DNA from: Minisyncoccota bacterium
GTDB lineage: Bacteria > Patescibacteriota > Minisyncoccia > Phycocordibacterales > Phycocordibacteraceae
Assembly: GCA_017991635.1 (NCBI GenBank)
Contig: JAGOQE010000003.1
Location: 1 to 56,828 of the forward strand
Length of the DNA stretch: 56,828 bases
Reading direction: 5' to 3'
The notes under the pieces are model-generated. The model did no database searches. It saw only the letters and a list, made by a program, of their open reading frames with translations, and was not told the origin of the DNA. Of the stretch, positions 1 to 9,529 are shown piece by piece. Both the position numbers and the translations under genes were made by a program. Positions within the stretch are counted from its first letter, which is position 1, and each line of letters begins with the position of its first letter.

Positions 1-815
1 GTCCATAGCGACGGCGGAGTTCGGCACCTCGATGTCGGCTCACCTTAGCGCGGGGCTGGAGAAGGTCCCAAGCGTTTGGCTGTTCGCCAATTAAAAAGGT
101 ACGCGAGCTGGGTTCAAACCGTGAGGGCTGTTGAGTCTTTGACTCGACACTCTCACCGTTTGAATCCCTTCGAGATTTCTGTTGTCAGAATTCGATAAAG
201 TGAAGAAAGAATTAGAATGAATGTCTTTTCGTCTTGAAATTAAGTATAGAACCAACCATGACACGGCGGTTGCATATAGAAATATATGCAAGCAAGCTGA
301 CTCATATCGGTGAAACCCGACTTTCTAGCAATAGAGAAGGGTAATACCGAGGGAAGGGAAGAAAAGCACCCGTATCGATTACGATACGAGCGCTCGTTCG
401 GCAAGAAAGAAACCAAGTTTACTTGTTTCTTTCTGCCTCACTTCACGCCCGTAGAGACTGAACGTCAGACACCCTTCGGGGTGAAATTACAGTCCGATCC
501 TTGGAGTAATCCAAGTTAACGAAATGCGTGAGACAGGTTGGTCTCCTATCTACTACAGGCGTTGATACTTGATGAGCGTTGCCCCTAGTACGAGAGGACC
601 GGGGTGAACTGACCTCTGGTCTACGAGCTGTTCCGCCAGGAGCATCGCTCGGTAGCTATGTCGGGACGGGATAACCGCTGAAAGCATATAAGCGGGAAGC
701 CCACTCAAAGATTAGGTATCGTTATGAGACTCCTAGAAGATTACTAGGTTGATAGGCTTTAGATGTACGCACAGTAATGTGTTCAGTCGAGAAGTACTAA
801 TATGTCCAGTCTCCC
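1..815 (+). rRNA. rrl: 23S rRNA, 3' portion (partial at window start), interrupted by an insertion at 123..526
   Basis: Conserved domain V/VI strings are read directly: ggcacctcgatgtcggctc, ggctgttcgcc, gtacgcgagctgggttc, then cgtgagacaggttggtc, tagtacgagaggaccgg, ctgaaagcat, ggttgatagg and gtactaat. The 3' end is approximate (+/-10 nt). Confidence 0.95.
123..526 (+). ncRNA. Intervening sequence in 23S rRNA; probable ORF-less group I-type intron at the E. coli U2593-equivalent site
   Basis: gggttcaaaccgt (ends at 122) aligns position by position with E. coli GGGUUUAGAACGU, and cgtgagacagg resumes at 527. The 5' exon ends in U and the insert ends in G. No ORF of homing-endonuclease size lies inside. 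Confidence 0.6.
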
Positions 816-933
816 ATGCGGAATTCTGCACATCACGCTCAGCAATGAGTAGCAGAGATTTCTTTGGTGATGTATTGCGAACCTTTTGCATATTCGTATT
901 CACAGTATTCTAGAGACAGGTATATACCTGCCT

Positions 934-1048
<115 letters not shown>

Positions 1049-1068
1049 GGGCAGGTAACTGTCTAGAA

Positions 1069-1104
1069 CAGAAAAAGTCGCCTTCGGGTGGCTTTTTCTG
1101 TTTT
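1069..1104 (+). terminator. Intrinsic terminator after 5S
   Basis: Stem 1069-1082/1087-1100 with a UUCG tetraloop, followed by TTTT at 1101-1104. Confidence 0.8.
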
Positions 1105-1388
1105 ATAGAGATTTTGCAAAGGGGTGCTGTGAAATGTTTGGACGAAATCGTTTTAGAGAACTTCTCGTCATAGCGCTTTCTGCAAGCGCTATGAGTGCGA
1201 GTGTACAAACTCCTCCCATGTTTCTTTCGCGTGCCGACAACGGTAAGCGAAAACAGAAGCTTCCGCCCAAGAAGCTTCAGGTGAGAGGGCACCAGTACCA
1301 TCCGCGTCCGTATGGAAGACGCACCTGAGTTCTTTATGGGAACCTTGGACCGGTAACAAAACCGGTCCATTCCTATATACTCAAAGAT

Positions 1389-1934
1389 ATGATTACGCTT
1401 ATTACCGGAAACCTTCATAAGGTACGAGAGATTCAAGAGATGCTTGAGAGAGAGCTCGCACACCACCCAATTGAGCTTCCTGAAATTCAGCACACTGACC
1501 CTGTGAAGGTTATGGAAGCGAAGCTTGAAGCAGCATACGCGCACGCTCCTGGAGAGTATCTCGTCGAGGACACATCGCTCACGCTCGCATGTTTTAATAA
1601 TCAACTTCCCGGGCCTTTTATAAAGTGGTTTGAAGATGTGCTCACCAACGATGGAATAGTCTCTATGGTTGAGCGCATGGGAGAAAGCGGTGCTACTGCC
1701 ACTACCTTACTTGGATATGTTGATGCCAAGGGCGCGCGCCATGTCTTTAGGGGAGATACTGAGGGGAGGGTGGTAGCGTCCCGTGGTACCAATGATTTTG
1801 GCTTTGGTCCTATCTTTGAACCCTTGGGAAGTACTAAGACCTTTGGAGAAATGACGCGTGAGGAGAAATACGCAGTGAGTATGCGTGGAAAAGCCGTTGC
1901 TCAACTGAAGCGGTTTCTTGAAGGCAGAGCGTAG
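1389..1934 (+). CDS. rdgB: Non-canonical purine NTP pyrophosphatase (RdgB/HAM1 ITPase family)
   Basis: 181 aa. Motifs ITGN..K..E, VEDTSL, LPGP.IKW, FGFGPIF and TFGEM..EEK...S.RG are typical of the Ham1 family. Confidence 0.9.
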   Translation: MITLITGNLHKVREIQEMLERELAHHPIELPEIQHTDPVKVMEAKLEAAYAHAPGEYLVEDTSLTLACFNNQLPGPFIKWFEDVLTNDGIVSMVERMGESGATATTLLGYVDAKGARHVFRGDTEGRVVASRGTNDFGFGPIFEPLGSTKTFGEMTREEKYAVSMRGKAVAQLKRFLEGRA

Positions 1935-1956
1935 TCTTTTCGTTTATACTGTATAT

Positions 1957-2724
1957 ATGTCCTGGGCAAGTAGAAGAAAGACACTCATCATTATCGCGCT
2001 CTCACTTGTGGTACTTACCGCACTTGTCCTTACGGTAATTGCGTTTGTGTACGAGGCACCTTCATGTAGTGATGGTAAGCAAAATGATGACGAGCGCGGT
2101 GTGGATTGCGGAGGTGCATCTTGTGCCTATCTCTGTAGTGCTGACGTGGATGGAGCGACGGTCCGATTTGCTCGTATCTTACGCCCTCAAGCAGGTCGAG
2201 TTGATGTGATTGCATACGTTGACAACAAAGACGCGCGCGCGGCAGCTCACGGTGTCACCGCAGTTGTAGAGCTCTATGATGATGCTCAGGTACTACTTGC
2301 TACTAAGACGGTAGTCATTGATATTCCTGAAGGTACGACGGTACCTGTGTATCTTGCCGATGTGTATCGAGGACAAGGAATGGTGAGTCAGGTATTTGTC
2401 TCGCTTGATACGACAACACTTAACTGGTTTTCACCCACCCAGGCGTACGAGGTGCCTACAGTGCGTACCGTAGAAATAGGGGAGACTGAATTGCCGCGTA
2501 TTCGCGCAACACTCTATAACGACAGTGCATTTCCGCTCTACAACATTACGCCTGTCGCCACCGTCTTTGATGCAGAAGGTAATGCCATCGCCGCTTCTAA
2601 AACTATCGTGACGCAAATGGGTGGCCAGTCTAGTGCAACCGTGCTATTTACTTGGAATGAACCCTTCTCAAGTCCACCAGCGCGCATTGAAGTATTGCCA
2701 GTGACACAACTCCATTTACCATGA
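1957..2724 (+). CDS. Membrane-anchored hypothetical protein with a Cys-rich module (CSDGKQNDDERGVDCGGASCAYLC)
   Basis: The first ATG (1957) gives an N-terminal TM segment, RRKTLIIIALSLVVLTALVLTVIAFV. The stop overlaps the next gene's start (ATGA at 2721). Confidence 0.6.
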   Translation: MSWASRRKTLIIIALSLVVLTALVLTVIAFVYEAPSCSDGKQNDDERGVDCGGASCAYLCSADVDGATVRFARILRPQAGRVDVIAYVDNKDARAAAHGVTAVVELYDDAQVLLATKTVVIDIPEGTTVPVYLADVYRGQGMVSQVFVSLDTTTLNWFSPTQAYEVPTVRTVEIGETELPRIRATLYNDSAFPLYNITPVATVFDAEGNAIAASKTIVTQMGGQSSATVLFTWNEPFSSPPARIEVLPVTQLHLP

Positions 2725-3857
2725 ACGAGAGAGTTCTCGGAAAGGCGGAAGGGGTGCTACGACAAAACTGGCCACTCTTGGCAATTGCAACCGCACTCTC
2801 TCTCCTCGGGATAATTACCATGGACCCTCTTGGTGAGGGACAGTCTTTTGCGACACACCAACTCGCTTCGCTTGGGGCCGGCATAGTTGTGTTTTTGACA
2901 CTTGCCACTATAGATATGAATTTTTTGCGACGTACGCCAGTAATTGTTACTGGATACGTGCTCGCGCTCATACTGCTGGCGTCGCTCCTAGTCTTTGCGC
3001 CAACGGTGATGGGCGCAAAGAGCTGGTTTTCACTCGGTTTTATTTCAATACAACCAGCTGACCCTGCGAAGATTATTTTCATTGCCCTTATTGCAAAGTA
3101 CTTTTCTCGGCGTCACACTGAAATTGCAGATTTTTGGCATGTCATTGTTTCGGGCGCGTATGCAGGAGTAATGATTCTTTTAATACTTGTTCAGCCAGAC
3201 CTTGGTACTGCAGCAATCTTTGGCATGGTGTGGCTTGGCATGATTTTGGTATCGGGTATTCCTAAAAAACACCTCATCGCAGTGTTTCTGGCGGGTATTG
3301 TTGCAGGCTCAGGACTTTGGTTTTTTGGACTGCACGACTACCAGCGAACACGCATTATGACCTTCGTAAATCCAGCAGGAGACCCGATGGGGGCAGGGTA
3401 TAACGCCTACCAGGCAGTAGTCGCCGCGGGGTCGGGTGAACTCTTCGGTAAAGGAATTGGATACGGTACGCAGTCAAAGCTGAAATTCCTTCCTGAGTAC
3501 CAAAGTGACTTTATATTTGCTGCATTTACTGAAGAGTGGGGATTCATCGGTGTCATCTTAGTATTGCTTCTGTTTGGACTCTTGTTCAGACACCTGCTTA
3601 ACATTGCGTCACGTGCAGCAACAAATTTTGACGCGTTGTTTACCGTGGGTGTGATTATTCTTTTGTCAGCTCACGTCGGTATTCATGCAGGTATTAACCT
3701 CGGCCTGCTTCCAGTGACGGGCACGACCATTCCTTTCATGAGTTACGGAGGCTCTCACCTTGTGGTTGAGTTTGCCATGCTTGGCATCGTCGCTTCGCTT
3801 TCACGATATGGTCGAAGCGTGCCTCGTACAGAGGCAAATCAAGAATACATTGGTTAG
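2721..3857 (+). CDS. SEDS-family peptidoglycan polymerase (RodA/FtsW/SpoVE)
   Basis: 378 aa and polytopic. QPAD.AKI, PDLGTA, DFIFAAF.EE.GF.G and LP.TG...PF.SYGGS motifs match FtsW/RodA. Confidence 0.9.
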   Translation: MNERVLGKAEGVLRQNWPLLAIATALSLLGIITMDPLGEGQSFATHQLASLGAGIVVFLTLATIDMNFLRRTPVIVTGYVLALILLASLLVFAPTVMGAKSWFSLGFISIQPADPAKIIFIALIAKYFSRRHTEIADFWHVIVSGAYAGVMILLILVQPDLGTAAIFGMVWLGMILVSGIPKKHLIAVFLAGIVAGSGLWFFGLHDYQRTRIMTFVNPAGDPMGAGYNAYQAVVAAGSGELFGKGIGYGTQSKLKFLPEYQSDFIFAAFTEEWGFIGVILVLLLFGLLFRHLLNIASRAATNFDALFTVGVIILLSAHVGIHAGINLGLLPVTGTTIPFMSYGGSHLVVEFAMLGIVASLSRYGRSVPRTEANQEYIG

Positions 3858-4972
3858 TCTTGGTATAAGAGTGAAGTCGCCTTGATCATACGTGCCATAT
3901 TAAAACGAGTCTCTACATACTCTTGAAGGGCGTCAGCATGATCCTTTTCAAGGGTGGGGTCATCAAGGTAGCGAAGAATTGCACGCGTGAGCGCTTCTTG
4001 GTTTCCAGAAGGGACAAGGGTGCCAAGTGAGTGCTTTGAAATGATTTCTGGAATGCCTCCCACGCGAGTCGCCACCACTGGCACATGAGCGAGTCCAGCT
4101 TCTAGCACAACATAACCTAACCCTTCAGAACGAGACGGAAGCACAAAGAGTTCAAAGAGTGAGAGATATGATGATGCATCAGAGATATGGCCAAGCAAAT
4201 ACACGCTCTCATGAAGCCCTAGTTCGTGGATGATTCCCTCAAGTCGCGAACGGTCTTCTCCTTCACCAAGTATCAAGAGGTTTGCCTCTGGCACATGTGC
4301 CCGTACGTCTTTCCATGAGCGAATAAGTACATCAAGTTGCTTTATGGGATGTAGTTCAGCAATGGTCCCGATGTACCGTCCATCAGGCACCTTCGGTATG
4401 AGTGCGATACGAGCATCAACAGGTGATTGTAGAGGAAAGGGAGCAATGCCGTTATGAATTACGCGTGTTTTATAGTTGGTGCCGAGCATGTAGTGCGCCT
4501 GACGTTTGAGTGCATGCGACACGCAAATAATATTTGTTGCAAGAATAAAGGTCAGATAGTACACCTTCCACAGAGCGATACGTGCATACCATGGACGCTC
4601 TTCATTAAAAGCAAAGCCGTGTACGGTAAATATAAGACGCTTTACACGAAGCAGGCGTCCCGCCAATAGGGCAAGTCCCGCCTTTGAGCTATTGGCATGA
4701 ATCACGTCTGGACGGAATGTTTGTACGTATGTGTAGAGTTCATGAAATGCATTAATCTCCCGAGCAAGAGAAATTTCCTTGCCAAGGAAGGTGCTGGTAA
4801 CTACCGTAATGCCAGCCTCTTCCAAGCGCTTCGTGAGGAGTCCAGGCTCACCTGAAAATACCACCACCTCATGGCCTTCGTCCTTCATGGCGCTTGCCAG
4901 GTCAAAAACATAGCGCTGGGCTCCGCCCCAGTTAGCCTTAGTAATAGTGTAGAGAATTTTCATGGTATGCAA
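3854..4972 (-). CDS. Glycosyltransferase family 4 (GT-B)
   Basis: 372 aa. N-terminal GGAQRYV, C-terminal VLPSRSEGLG..VLEA...PVVATRVGGIPE (EX7E-type motif). Confidence 0.85.
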   Translation of the reverse strand: MHTMKILYTITKANWGGAQRYVFDLASAMKDEGHEVVVFSGEPGLLTKRLEEAGITVVTSTFLGKEISLAREINAFHELYTYVQTFRPDVIHANSSKAGLALLAGRLLRVKRLIFTVHGFAFNEERPWYARIALWKVYYLTFILATNIICVSHALKRQAHYMLGTNYKTRVIHNGIAPFPLQSPVDARIALIPKVPDGRYIGTIAELHPIKQLDVLIRSWKDVRAHVPEANLLILGEGEDRSRLEGIIHELGLHESVYLLGHISDASSYLSLFELFVLPSRSEGLGYVVLEAGLAHVPVVATRVGGIPEIISKHSLGTLVPSGNQEALTRAILRYLDDPTLEKDHADALQEYVETRFNMARMIKATSLLYQD

Positions 4973-5029
4973 CTTGCCGTCCTATATATAGGTACTATGC
5001 TATAACACAGGTATAGAGCCTATTCTCTC

Positions 5030-6382
5030 ATGACCACCTTCGGAGGCAAACAAGCCACCTTTCTACTATTCTTCGGAGACCTCATTGTCTTCGTCCTTTC
5101 CCTGTGGGCAACACTAGTTATTCGCTATGTGGAAGTCCCTTCAACAGCCTTTTTGATTTCTCACCTCATACCTTTTTCGCTCATTTTTATCGTGTGGATT
5201 GTGGTCTTTTATATGGCCGGCCTCTACGGGAAAAGGGTGGTGCTCTTTAAGAAGGAGCTTCCCGGGGCCATTATTGCTGTTCAGGTAGTGAATGTCTTAT
5301 TGGCAGCACTCTTCTTTTTCTTTGTACCGCTTGGCATTACTCCAAAGGCAAGCTTGTTGCTCTACCTTGTCGTCTCTGTTATAGGAATTTTTGCATGGAG
5401 ACTATGGGTCTTTCCTCGCATCACTAAACCCACGAAGCGAGAACGTGTCGCTTTGATTGGAGAAGGTAAGGAGGTTGATGAACTTATGCTTGAGGTCAAT
5501 AGTAATGCGCGGTATCACATGGAAATTGTGACGGTCGTTTCGCTTAGAACAGACCCGAGTACGCTACATACACTGCTGGCAGATTCGCGTGTCTCAACGT
5601 TAGTCGTTGATACTGAGTGTGCTGAGGTGGCGCCACTTCTTCCGGTTATTTACGAGCTCGCCTTCGTTTCACCTGGGTATCACTTCCTCGATTTCTACCA
5701 AGTGTATGAAGAAGTGTTTGATAGGGTGCCGTTATCGCTCCTTCGCTACGAGTGGTTTTTAAAGCATGCGACAGCGCAAAGCTCAGGCGGATATGAATTT
5801 ATAAAACGCTTGATTGATATCGTGGGTGGTCTCCTCATGCTTGGAGTAACGCTAGTAGCACTGCCATTCGTATTTGTCGCTCTTCGTCTTGAAGGAAAGG
5901 GTTCACTTTTTATAACGCAAGAACGTATTGGTCAGTTCGGAAGTCGTGTACGCACCTATAAGTTTCGTAGTATGAAAAGTAGTGATGATGGTAAATGGAA
6001 GGGGGAGGGTGAAAACTATGTAACTCGTGTAGGGAGTGTGTTGCGTCTGACGTCACTCGATGAGTTTCCGCAGTGCGTCAATGTCCTTCGTGGAGAACTT
6101 TCTCTTATTGGGCCGAGAAACGATATCAGAGCACTTGGTGAACGCTTGGCCTCATCAATTCCATACTATTCAATTCGCTACATGGTAAAGCCAGGCATCA
6201 CTGGTTGGGCACAAATCAACCAGCAGTACGAACAGGGGAATATCAGTCCGCAATCTATTGAAGAGACAAAAACCCGCCTAGCATATGACTTTTATTACAT
6301 TAAGAAGCGATCCCTCGTTCTTGACATTGTGATTGCGCTTAAGACAGTGAAACGAATGTTCTTTAGGGTGAGTTCTTGGTAG
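5030..6382 (+). CDS. Polyprenyl-phosphate sugar phosphotransferase (WbaP/bacterial sugar transferase family), priming enzyme
   Basis: 450 aa with N-terminal TM helices. The C-terminal domain has KRLIDI, KFRSM, DEFPQ..NVLRGELSLIGPR and PGITGWAQ. Confidence 0.85.
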   Translation: MTTFGGKQATFLLFFGDLIVFVLSLWATLVIRYVEVPSTAFLISHLIPFSLIFIVWIVVFYMAGLYGKRVVLFKKELPGAIIAVQVVNVLLAALFFFFVPLGITPKASLLLYLVVSVIGIFAWRLWVFPRITKPTKRERVALIGEGKEVDELMLEVNSNARYHMEIVTVVSLRTDPSTLHTLLADSRVSTLVVDTECAEVAPLLPVIYELAFVSPGYHFLDFYQVYEEVFDRVPLSLLRYEWFLKHATAQSSGGYEFIKRLIDIVGGLLMLGVTLVALPFVFVALRLEGKGSLFITQERIGQFGSRVRTYKFRSMKSSDDGKWKGEGENYVTRVGSVLRLTSLDEFPQCVNVLRGELSLIGPRNDIRALGERLASSIPYYSIRYMVKPGITGWAQINQQYEQGNISPQSIEETKTRLAYDFYYIKKRSLVLDIVIALKTVKRMFFRVSSW

Positions 6383-6397
6383 AGTAAAGCAACTTTT

Positions 6398-7483
6398 ATG
6401 GAAGAACTTTCTCGAGGCCGAATAATACTTATTACAGGTGCCGCAGGTTACGTCGGTGCCATGCTGGTGAAGCATTTTTGTGCCCTCCCTCATGTAGAAA
6501 AAGTTATTGGTGTCGACAAAGAGCCATTACCTGAGTTTCTTGCAAGCGAGACTAAGCTTCACTATATTCACGCGAACACAGCAGATGGTTCATGGCAGGG
6601 GAGTGCGAAAGATCGAGGGGTAGATACCGTCATTAATACTGCGTGGCAAATTCGTGAGATCTACGGGAATCATCCACTCACGTGGAAGTGGAATATTGAA
6701 GGCTCGGATGCGGTCTTTGATTTTGCTATCAGTGAAGCGAGTGTGAAAACGCTTATTCATTTTTCTACTGTCGCTTCTTACGGTGCCTTTAAAGAGAACA
6801 CCATTGAGCACCGATTCACTGAAGATGAGCCGTTTAGAGAAGTTGAGTACTTGTACGCTGAAGAGAAACGAATTTCAGAAGTGCACCTTGAAGAGAAGGT
6901 AGTTACTCTTCCTGAAGATAGAAACCTTTCCATTATCGTCGTCCGCCCCGCTGCAATCACAGGTCCGCGAGGACGCTTTATGCGAATTCGTTTTGGATTA
7001 CAGGCTGCACTCGCCGGCCAGCTTAAGGATTCCTTTGTGTACAGGATTGTTTCTGGTCTCGTCTCCTTTGTCCCTGTGACGCCAAAATGGTGTCGACAAT
7101 TCATTCATGAAGATGATGTTGTGGGACTTATTGATACTCTGGTAAAAAAGCCAGCAACGAGTCGCTATCAAGTATTTAACATTTGTCCTCCGGGAGATGT
7201 CGTCGAAGGTGCCGACATGGCAAAGGCAGTGGGGAAGAAGACCATTTCAGTACCGCCGTGGTTTGTGCGTATTGCGTTCTTTATCTTCTGGCATCTGACG
7301 CGCGGAAAAGTGCCTACAGGGAAGGGTGCATGGAAAAGCTACTCCTATCCTATTGCGGTGGATGGCTCCAAGCTAACTTCGGTCTATGGCTATGAGTACC
7401 AACATGAAAGCTTTGATGCCTTCTACTACACTGATGGCGCATACGAATACTCTGTTCCAGAAGAATTCCGCAGAAGTAAATAA
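6398..7483 (+). CDS. NAD-dependent epimerase/dehydratase (extended SDR)
   Basis: 361 aa. ILITGAAGYVGAML Rossmann motif and YAEEK catalytic YxxxK. Confidence 0.8.
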   Translation: MEELSRGRIILITGAAGYVGAMLVKHFCALPHVEKVIGVDKEPLPEFLASETKLHYIHANTADGSWQGSAKDRGVDTVINTAWQIREIYGNHPLTWKWNIEGSDAVFDFAISEASVKTLIHFSTVASYGAFKENTIEHRFTEDEPFREVEYLYAEEKRISEVHLEEKVVTLPEDRNLSIIVVRPAAITGPRGRFMRIRFGLQAALAGQLKDSFVYRIVSGLVSFVPVTPKWCRQFIHEDDVVGLIDTLVKKPATSRYQVFNICPPGDVVEGADMAKAVGKKTISVPPWFVRIAFFIFWHLTRGKVPTGKGAWKSYSYPIAVDGSKLTSVYGYEYQHESFDAFYYTDGAYEYSVPEEFRRSK

Positions 7484-7495
7484 TGAAAGTATAAA

Positions 7496-7524
7496 TTGAC
7501 TCACTGTCAATTTAGTAGTATAAT
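7496..7524 (+). promoter_or_regulatory. Near-consensus sigma70-type promoter (TTGACT-17 nt-TATAAT)
   Basis: TTGACT at 7496-7501, a 17-nt spacer, TATAAT at 7519-7524. The -35 lies within the palindrome ttgac-tcact-gtcaa. Confidence 0.6.
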
Positions 7525-7602
7525 GTATTCGGACAGCATCGTCCGTTCCATACTTTTCTTGCCCACTATCTGTGCGTGAGGAAGGTCTACCAGGAGCTAC
7601 AC

Positions 7603-8478
7603 ATGTCAGTGCTTGATCGTAAGAAGTTCGGCATGGTTCTTCGCACGTTTGCGAAGACTCCCGAACAAGTCGAAATGAACGCCACTATGGCGCTCTCCGC
7701 TGCTCGCAAGGCCGAGGCCATCGAGAAGGGTGGGAAACCGCTCTATGCGAAAGTCCTAATTCTTATCCCGCGGGACCAGTCCTACGCGGACTGTGACTGT
7801 GGCGAGACTCTCGCCTTCCTGAAGCGCTTCATCGAACCGGGTTCGCGCATTGAGGTGCATGAAGTCGAAAATGGCGATCTGTTCTGCGGTCTGCTGAACT
7901 ATGGTGTGGCGAAGCTCGCTCGCTTCGGCTGCGACTACGTCACCATCATGTCACCAGGTGCCGCTAGCTACCTTTCCCTCGAGGAAATGGAACGCGCGGG
8001 TGTCGCCTTCGAACACGGTGCAAGGGTGAGTGCCATCGCCATCGATGAGCTCGCCGCAAGCGTGCTCGAAGGCAGAGCGGCAAACACCTTGGCAACCTGG
8101 GACACGGTCGCTCTTCAAACGGTGGGCGCGTTCGATCTGCGGGCTAGCCAACCACGCCAAAACGACCCCACGGCGCCCTACGTCCGCGGGTACGATCTGA
8201 CCGAAGGGAAGGAGGTCTTCTATGCCCAGGCGGGTGTGGAGGAAATCATTCCACTCATTCGGCTCGTACAACTTTTCGGTGAATGCATTGCACCGATGTT
8301 ACCGCTGGCTCCCTCAACCTGGGAAGTACCGGACTCTGTCACTGATCCGGAAGGCTACCAGCGTCACCTGAAGAAGCTCGGCACTAAGTTCGAGCGTCAG
8401 GTGATCCACGCGGCCTACGTCAATGCCGATCTATCAGTGATTCAGGGCGGTGTCATGAAGAGGTACCGCACCTTCTAG
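7603..8478 (+). CDS. Hypothetical protein on a GC-rich single-gene island, unknown function
   Basis: ATG at 7603 is preceded by AGGAG (7592-7596, 6-nt spacer). Third codon positions are G/C-rich, unlike the neighbours. I recognise no family motif; NGDLFCGLLNYG...CDYVTIMSPG gives only a weak GT-A-like impression. Confidence 0.6.
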   Translation: MSVLDRKKFGMVLRTFAKTPEQVEMNATMALSAARKAEAIEKGGKPLYAKVLILIPRDQSYADCDCGETLAFLKRFIEPGSRIEVHEVENGDLFCGLLNYGVAKLARFGCDYVTIMSPGAASYLSLEEMERAGVAFEHGARVSAIAIDELAASVLEGRAANTLATWDTVALQTVGAFDLRASQPRQNDPTAPYVRGYDLTEGKEVFYAQAGVEEIIPLIRLVQLFGECIAPMLPLAPSTWEVPDSVTDPEGYQRHLKKLGTKFERQVIHAAYVNADLSVIQGGVMKRYRTF

Positions 8479-8568
8479 TCACATTTGAAACTCAGAGGCC
8501 CGTGTTCAAGTTTAACTACTTGAGCCGGGCCTTTTGCTTTTGCTCTCGTAATACGGTACACAAGAGAT

Positions 8569-9516
8569 ATGACCATTCTCGTCACGGGCGCCTGTGGAGC
8601 CATTGGCTCTCATGTTGCGGAAGCTTTGAAAGAAGCAGGGCACCATGTTATTGGCGTGGATTGTTTTACCCCCTACTACGCTCGCCAACTCAAGGACCTT
8701 AACCGACAAGAGATTGAGGAAAAGGGAATCCAGATTATTCAGGCTGACCTTGCCTTTGACGACCTTGCTCCACTAGTGTCTGCAGTAAATGTCATTTTTC
8801 ATTTTGCAGCCCAACCAGGTATTTCAGAATCAACACCCTTTGTTGATTACGTTAACAACAATATTTACGCGACACAGCGCTTGCTTGAGGAAGTAAAGAA
8901 GCAGGGACACATTGAGCTTTTTGTACATGCGTCCACCTCTTCTGTATATGGCGCTTTCGCAAGTAGCGATGAAACTGCAGAGGTAAAGCCAACCTCTGCA
9001 TACGGCGCAACAAAGCTTGCAGCTGAACAACTTGCTCTTGCGTACCAGAGGGATCAGGGACTTCCAGTTACCGTTTTGCGTATTTTTTCTGCGTACGGTG
9101 AGCGCGAGCGTCCTGAGAAGCTCTATCACAAATTTATAAAGGCCGTCCTTGAGGGAACGCCGTTTCCTCTTCATGAAGGTTCTGAGAATCACATCCGAAG
9201 TTACTCCTATGTCGGAGACATCGTGAATGGGTGCATGCTCGCTCTCGCACATAAAGAAAAAGCAATTGGAGAAATTTTTAACATTGGTTCCGATAAAACA
9301 GTCACCACAGGTGAGGGGCTCAAACTTGTTGAAGAAATTATTGGAAAGAAGGCACAGATAATGCAAACCCCTAAGCGTGCGGGGGACCAATTAGAAACTT
9401 CGGCAAACATCATGAAGGCGAGACGTATTCTCGGCTATCGTCCACTCATGACCTTGCCAGAAGGATTGCGTAGGCAAGTTGCGTGGTATACGAAAAGCGT
9501 ATTTGGCAAAATGTAG
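8569..9516 (+). CDS. NAD-dependent epimerase/dehydratase (UDP-sugar epimerase/decarboxylase-like SDR)
   Basis: 315 aa. ILVTGACGAIGSH, STSSVYG, YGATK (YxxxK). Confidence 0.85.
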   Translation: MTILVTGACGAIGSHVAEALKEAGHHVIGVDCFTPYYARQLKDLNRQEIEEKGIQIIQADLAFDDLAPLVSAVNVIFHFAAQPGISESTPFVDYVNNNIYATQRLLEEVKKQGHIELFVHASTSSVYGAFASSDETAEVKPTSAYGATKLAAEQLALAYQRDQGLPVTVLRIFSAYGERERPEKLYHKFIKAVLEGTPFPLHEGSENHIRSYSYVGDIVNGCMLALAHKEKAIGEIFNIGSDKTVTTGEGLKLVEEIIGKKAQIMQTPKRAGDQLETSANIMKARRILGYRPLMTLPEGLRRQVAWYTKSVFGKM

Positions 9517-9529
9517 GTAGAATGAACAT

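Noticed and set aside
91-519. 66-aa and 69-aa ORFs inside the 23S insertion as possible homing endonucleases
   Set aside because: They are too short and lack LAGLIDADG, GIY-YIG, HNH or His-Cys strings. The insert is treated as ORF-less.
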